Below, in pieces: positions 52,827-57,513 of a DNA stretch of 57,513 nt. Source of the stretch: an uncultured Bacteriovorax sp. (GTDB lineage Bacteria > Bdellovibrionota > UBA1018); assembly GCA_964508305.1 (NCBI GenBank), contig CAZDSX010000006.1, forward strand, positions 14,151 through 71,663, written 5' to 3'. The number at the start of each line of letters is the position of its first letter. The stretch's first letter is position 1. The translations under genes and the position numbers were made by a program. The notes under the pieces were generated by a model, which ran no database searches, had not been told where the DNA came from, and was given only the letters and a program-made list of their open reading frames with translations.

Positions 52827-53540
52827 TTAGTGATCATGCGCTGTGGACAAAGAGATGTAGACCATCGTCATCAGGCAGAAGACGAAGGCCTGGACAAACG
52901 CCACGAAGATCCCGAGGCCGTAGAACACCATGGGCAGCACATAGGGGACCAGACCGCTGAATACACCCAGCACGATGTGGTCGCCCTCGATGTTGCCCCT
53001 TAGGCGCAGGGCCAGGGACAGTGGACGAAAGATGTGTGATGCGATTTCGATGACCAGCATGAGTGGGCCGAGCCACAACACGGGTCCGAAGAAATGCTTG
53101 AGATACCCAAGGCCGTTCACCTTGAGTCCGACAAAGTTGTAATAAATGAACACGAACGCGCCGAGAGCCATCGTCGTGTTGAGGTTGCTCGTCGGAGGCA
53201 GGAACCCCGGGATGAGTCCAAAGATATTGGACACGAAGATAAAAACGAAAAGGCTTCCAATCACTGGAAAATAATGGGGCGCCTCATGGTCCCCGAGCAC
53301 GCTCTCGGTGAGCTTATAGAGGTTCTCTGCGGCAATCTCGAAGAAGTTGCGGAAGGTCCACTTTCCCTCGGGAACCAGCGCGCCATCGCCTCGTCCGCGG
53401 ACGCGCACCAACTGCAGCGTCGCGACCCCGGCACAGATCATCACGAACAAAGAGATGATTGCGGACATGGCGACATGGTTCGGGACCTGTTCGAGGCCCG
53501 GCACCAGGTTCAGCCAGTTAAAACCATGATCTCCGTGCAT
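52827..53540 (-). CDS. atpB: F0F1 ATP synthase subunit a
   Basis: PPTSNLN, IEIASHIFRPLSLALRLRGNIEGDH, FVQAFVFCLMTMVYI. Confidence 0.96.
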   Translation of the reverse strand: MHGDHGFNWLNLVPGLEQVPNHVAMSAIISLFVMICAGVATLQLVRVRGRGDGALVPEGKWTFRNFFEIAAENLYKLTESVLGDHEAPHYFPVIGSLFVFIFVSNIFGLIPGFLPPTSNLNTTMALGAFVFIYYNFVGLKVNGLGYLKHFFGPVLWLGPLMLVIEIASHIFRPLSLALRLRGNIEGDHIVLGVFSGLVPYVLPMVFYGLGIFVAFVQAFVFCLMTMVYISLSTAHDH

Positions 53541-53577
53541 AACTTAAGACCTTTCAACTCCCGCCGGATGTGGCCGG

Positions 53578-54015
53578 CTAGCGATCGTGGCCTGGGCCCG
53601 TGCCGCCGGATGGCGACAGGAAGGACCAGAGAAACCCCCCGAACAGGGGCACCGCGACCAACGTGCCTAGTCCCGATAGCAAAGAAGCATTGGGAATTCC
53701 ACGATTTCCAAAAAGCAGGAGGGCGAAAATCCCCCAGGCCAGAAGCTTCATGCTTCCAAGGAAAGCCAGGCGCACTCCCCATCGAACCCGGTCCCCCTCG
53801 GGCGGTCCGTCCAGGAGGGTGCCCACCAGCGCTGCGATCATCCCCAAATCGAGGGTGGCCAGGAGAAAGAGCCCCAGCCACCACACCAGACCCGATGTTC
53901 GGGATTCTGGCGAAAGCGCGGCCAAAACCACGCCGGTGCCGAGCACCAGCCAGGCAAGGGTGGCGAGCAAAAAGGGCCTAAGCTGCTGAAAGGAGAGAGC
54001 CTTTTTTTCGTTCAT
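53578..54015 (-). CDS. atpI: ATP synthase protein I-like membrane protein
   Basis: 4 TM, directly upstream of atpB; ATGA overlap with the preceding gene. Confidence 0.65.
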   Translation of the reverse strand: MNEKKALSFQQLRPFLLATLAWLVLGTGVVLAALSPESRTSGLVWWLGLFLLATLDLGMIAALVGTLLDGPPEGDRVRWGVRLAFLGSMKLLAWGIFALLLFGNRGIPNASLLSGLGTLVAVPLFGGFLWSFLSPSGGTGPGHDR

Positions 54016-54257
54016 GAGTCCCGATCCATGGCTTGGCTTGCCTTGTAGATCCTCCAGAAGGCGATGGCAAGTCCGAGCATCCCAGTGAGCGCGGCGATCC
54101 AAAGCGCTCCCCCCAGGGCCTTCCCGAGAAAATAGCCGGCGAGCGTGCCCAGCGCACTCCAGGCCACCACTTCCCAGGACACCCAGGCAAGCAGGGCAAG
54201 CCCCCGCATCCAGGCCCTGCGCTGCGCGTCGTCTCTCGGGGGCTTCGCTCCGTTCAC
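54012..54257 (-). CDS. AtpZ/AtpI-family small membrane protein
   Basis: 81 aa, 2 TM, GYFLGKALG pattern, first gene of the F0 cluster. Confidence 0.7.
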   Translation of the reverse strand: MNGAKPPRDDAQRRAWMRGLALLAWVSWEVVAWSALGTLAGYFLGKALGGALWIAALTGMLGLAIAFWRIYKASQAMDRDS

Positions 54258-54261
54258 GGGG

Positions 54262-55127
54262 TCAGCCCTTGCGCTTAGCCGGGGGGTTCTGCCGCGACAG
54301 GCGCTCTCGAATTCGGATCAATCGGATCTGAACGACTTGCGCACTTGGATAGGTCGCCGCGATGGCCTGGAGGGCTTCGAGTGCCTCGGGCCATTGGCCG
54401 AGCTCCTCGTGTGCAGTGGCAAGCCCCAGCTTTGCCTCTTGGGCTGCCTTGGACTTTGGAAACCGCGAGAATGCCTGTTCAAAGAGGGCGATGGCGCGCT
54501 TGTATCTCTCTTTCTTTCCAACTGCCACGGGCAGGTCTTCATCCGACGAGCCCGAGGCCGCCGACGGCTCCTGGCTCTGGCCCGCCAGGGCGAGGTGGCA
54601 CATTCCCGCCTGGTAGAGGGCATCGGAAACCCATCGCTCGTCGGTGGACTGCAAGGTCACGCTCTCAAATGTCTGGATCGCGTCCTCAAACTGCCAGAGA
54701 TAGAATTGTGCGCGCCCGGATTAAGTGGATCTCCGGGATGCTCGCGAAGCCACTTCCGATAGTGCTGGATGGCCGCGTCGTATTGCGAAAGCTTTGAAAA
54801 CAGGATCTCCCCGATCTGGATCTCCGCATCACGGGCCGCCTGGCCGGCCGGATCCGCCTCGAGATACCTCCGGAAAAGAGCCAGTGCGGCTGCGTGCTTC
54901 TGGGTGAACAGGTATTGGGTGGTGGCTGCCCGATAAAGGGCCTGCTTTCCCAGTGTTCCCTTCTGGTCCTTTTGGAAGGCTCGCTCGAACTGCGCCGCCG
55001 CTGCGGCGTAGCTCTTCTCCTCCCAAAGCTTTTCGGCCAGGATGTACTCGCTCTTTGCTCCCGACCCGCCGCACGCCGTCAGTGCGGCGCACGAAAGGAT
55101 CGCCAGTTGGTCGAGCCGGACCCGCAC
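54262..55127 (-). pseudogene. TPR/BamD-like lipoprotein split by an apparent frameshift near 54700-54715 (ORFs 54657-55127 and 54262-54660)
   Basis: The N-half has lipobox LTAC and TPRs, then runs into non-TPR sequence. The second frame is open about 20 codons upstream of its GTG and reads AQFYLWQFEDAIQTFE, a TPR continuation. Confidence 0.65.
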
Positions 55128-55129
55128 CT

Positions 55130-57513
55130 TTATTGTTCCGTTGCCGGCTCGGCTTCGGCCACGGGAGCGTCCGTCGCCTCCGACTCGGGAAGCGCCTCGA
55201 AGGAGACCACTTTTTCGCCCGCAGCCATGGTCATGACCCGCACGCCCTGCGTATTGCGGCTCTGCTCGCTGATTCCGCCCACCTGAACCCGGATCATCTG
55301 GCCCTTGTTGGAAACGAGCATGACGTCACTCGTGGGAATGACCTGGCGTGAGCCCATCACGGCCCCGTTCTTGTCGGTGGACTTCATCGTGATGACGCCC
55401 TTTCCGCCGCGGCTCTGCACGCGATATTCGCCGACAGGAGTCCGCTTGCCATAGCCGTTCTCCGTAATGGTCAGGAGCTCAAAGCTCGACCCTTCGGTCT
55501 CGGCAACCACTTCCATGGCAACCACTCGATCTCCCTCATCCAGGCTCATGCCGATCACCCCGCGGGTGGCTCGACCCATCGGCCTGACGTCCGTTTCGGG
55601 GAAGCGGATGCTCATGCCTTCGCGCGAGCACAAGAAAAGGTGGTTGTGTCCGTTGGTCACGCGAGCGCCCACGAGCTCATCCCCCTCGTCGGTGACGATG
55701 GCAATGACTCCTGCGGTGCGGACGTTGGAGAACTCGCTCAGCGCCGTCTTCTTGATTACGCCCGCGCGGGTGACCATCACGACAAACTCGTTCTCGCTGA
55801 ACTCCTGAACCGGGAGGATGGCCTTGATCTTCTCGTTGGGCTGGAGCGCGATGAGATTGACGATCGCCTTGCCCTTGGAAGTGCGGCTTGCCTCAGGAAT
55901 CTTGTAGACCTTGAGCCAGTAAGCGCGCCCACGATCGGTGAAGCAAAGGAGATAGGCCAGCGTGTTGGTCCTGAAGATCGAGGTCACGAAATCCTCGTCG
56001 TTCGTTGCCACGCCCTTGATCCCCTTGCCTCCGCGGCCCTGGCGCCTGAATTGCGCTGGATCAGTGCGCTTCACATAGCCTGTGTGCGTGATCGAGACGA
56101 GGGTCTCTTCGTCGGCGATCAGGTCCTCAACCTCAAAATCCGTGGAGCCCCCATGGACGATCTCGGTGCGGCGCTCGTCGCCGAAGCGCTCCTTGATTTC
56201 GAGGAGCTCGGATTTGATCACTTCAAAAACGAGCTTCTCGCTCCCCAGGATCTTTTTCAGCTCCTCGATCAGCTTGAGCACCTCGTTGTACTCGGCGATG
56301 ATCTTGTCGCGCTCGAGTCCCGTCAGCCGCTGGAGCTTCATGTCCAGGATGGCCTGTGACTGAAGCTCAGAGAAAGAGAACTTGGACATGAGGCCCGTGC
56401 GAGCCTCTTCGGGACCCTTGGACTTCTTGATCAGCGCGATCACTTCGTCGATGTTCTCGACGGCGCGCTTGAGGCCCTCCAAAATGTGGGCGCGAGCTTC
56501 CGCCTTCTTGAGGTCGAAGATCGTCCGGCGGACCACGACGTCCTTGCGGTGCTCGACAAAAGCCCAAAGCATGTCGCGCAGGTTGAAAACCTTGGGCTGG
56601 TTGTTGTGGATCGCCAGGAGGTTGATGCTGAAACTATCCTGCATCTGCGTCAGCTTGTAGAGCCGGTTCAGGATGACGTTGGAGTTCTCGCCCTTCTTGA
56701 TCTCAATCACGATCCGCATGCCGGTGCGGTCGGACTCATCGCGAAGGTCCGAAATTCCCTCGATCTTCTTGTCGCGAACAAGCTCTGCGATTTTCTCGAT
56801 GAGCTTGGCCTTGTTCACCTGGTAGGGAAGAGAGGTCACGATGATGCGTTCACGATCGCCCTTGAAGGTCTCGATCTCAGCCTTGCAACGCATGCGCACC
56901 GTGCCGCGGCCGGTGCGATAGGCCTCCTTGAGCTCCTCGCCGCCAAACGCATATGCGCCTGTCGGAAAATCCGGGCCCTTCACGAACTTGAGCATCGCAT
57001 TGGTGTCGAGCGACGGGTCATCAATCAACGCGGCGGTTGCGTCGATCACTTCGGAAAGATTGTGCGGAGGAATGCTGGTCGCCATGCCGACTGCGATTCC
57101 AGCCGAGCCATTGACCAGCAGATTGGGGACCTTGGTGGGAAGAACGAGCGGCTCGGTGAGGCTGTCGTCGTAGTTCGGGCCGAAGTCGACGGTCTCCTTG
57201 TCGATGTCGGCGAGAAGCTCGTCCGTGATCTTGGACATGCGGATTTCGGTGTAACGCATCGCCGCCGGAGCGTCGCCGTCGATGGAGCCGAAGTTCCCCT
57301 GTCCGTCGACCAGCGGATAGCGGAGCGAAAAGTCCTGGGCCATGCGAACAATGGTGTCGTAAACCGCGACGTCTCCGTGAGGATGATACTTACCGATGAC
57401 GTCACCCACGACGCGGGCGGACTTCTTGTACGCCTTGTTGTGGGTATTTCCCAAATCAAACATGGCATACAGCGCGCGCCGATGGACGGGCTTGAGGCCG
57501 TCACGGACATCAG
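55130..57513 (-). CDS. gyrA: DNA gyrase subunit A (5' end outside window)
   Basis: Frame open from the window end ([12 protein letters not shown]), HPHGD, catalytic AAMRYTE, GyrA-box QGRGGKG, beta-pinwheel CTD. Confidence 0.98.
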   Translation of the reverse strand, partial: DVRDGLKPVHRRALYAMFDLGNTHNKAYKKSARVVGDVIGKYHPHGDVAVYDTIVRMAQDFSLRYPLVDGQGNFGSIDGDAPAAMRYTEIRMSKITDELLADIDKETVDFGPNYDDSLTEPLVLPTKVPNLLVNGSAGIAVGMATSIPPHNLSEVIDATAALIDDPSLDTNAMLKFVKGPDFPTGAYAFGGEELKEAYRTGRGTVRMRCKAEIETFKGDRERIIVTSLPYQVNKAKLIEKIAELVRDKKIEGISDLRDESDRTGMRIVIEIKKGENSNVILNRLYKLTQMQDSFSINLLAIHNNQPKVFNLRDMLWAFVEHRKDVVVRRTIFDLKKAEARAHILEGLKRAVENIDEVIALIKKSKGPEEARTGLMSKFSFSELQSQAILDMKLQRLTGLERDKIIAEYNEVLKLIEELKKILGSEKLVFEVIKSELLEIKERFGDERRTEIVHGGSTDFEVEDLIADEETLVSITHTGYVKRTDPAQFRRQGRGGKGIKGVATNDEDFVTSIFRTNTLAYLLCFTDRGRAYWLKVYKIPEASRTSKGKAIVNLIALQPNEKIKAILPVQEFSENEFVVMVTRAGVIKKTALSEFSNVRTAGVIAIVTDEGDELVGARVTNGHNHLFLCSREGMSIRFPETDVRPMGRATRGVIGMSLDEGDRVVAMEVVAETEGSSFELLTITENGYGKRTPVGEYRVQSRGGKGVITMKSTDKNGAVMGSRQVIPTSDVMLVSNKGQMIRVQVGGISEQSRNTQGVRVMTMAAGEKVVSFEALPESEATDAPVAEAEPATEQ

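Overview
GC-rich bacterial chromosomal segment, almost entirely core genome, with no CRISPR array, integrase, transposase or phage gene. The gene order gyrA-TPR-atpZ-atpI-atpB-atpE, mfd-ppiC-surA-pdxA, and the Cys-containing 'YPGTGGxCG' Ig-like surface repeats suggest a Bdellovibrionota/Oligoflexia-type organism (inference only). Contents in order: a partial Ig-repeat surface protein, alpha/beta hydrolase, ABC-F, dicarboxylate symporter, MatB-like acyl-CoA synthetase, orphan CheW, GIY-YIG nuclease plus coiled-coil protein, OMP, two tRNA-Ser genes flanking five accessory genes, serS, a GYF-like/TM/TPR protein, a complete canonical 14-gene nuoA-N operon, mfd/ppiC/surA/pdxA/PMM/uvrA, a split F0 atp cluster, a frameshifted TPR lipoprotein and partial gyrA. 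The standout is a second, 10-gene complex I-like operon (A-B-D-H-I-J-K-L-M-N, 32244-41743) directly upstream of the canonical one. All its frames are intact and six consecutive junctions are 4-nt start/stop overlaps. It has a near-consensus sigma70 promoter and keeps all Fe-S ligands in B and I. However, it has replaced nearly all proton-pumping Glu/Lys residues (often E>Q, K>R/Q) and the quinone-site His/Tyr, and it lacks nuoC and nuoEFG. It looks like a maintained 'pseudo-complex I' of unknown function. All alignments were made by eye against the canonical paralogues in this window; no database searches were run.
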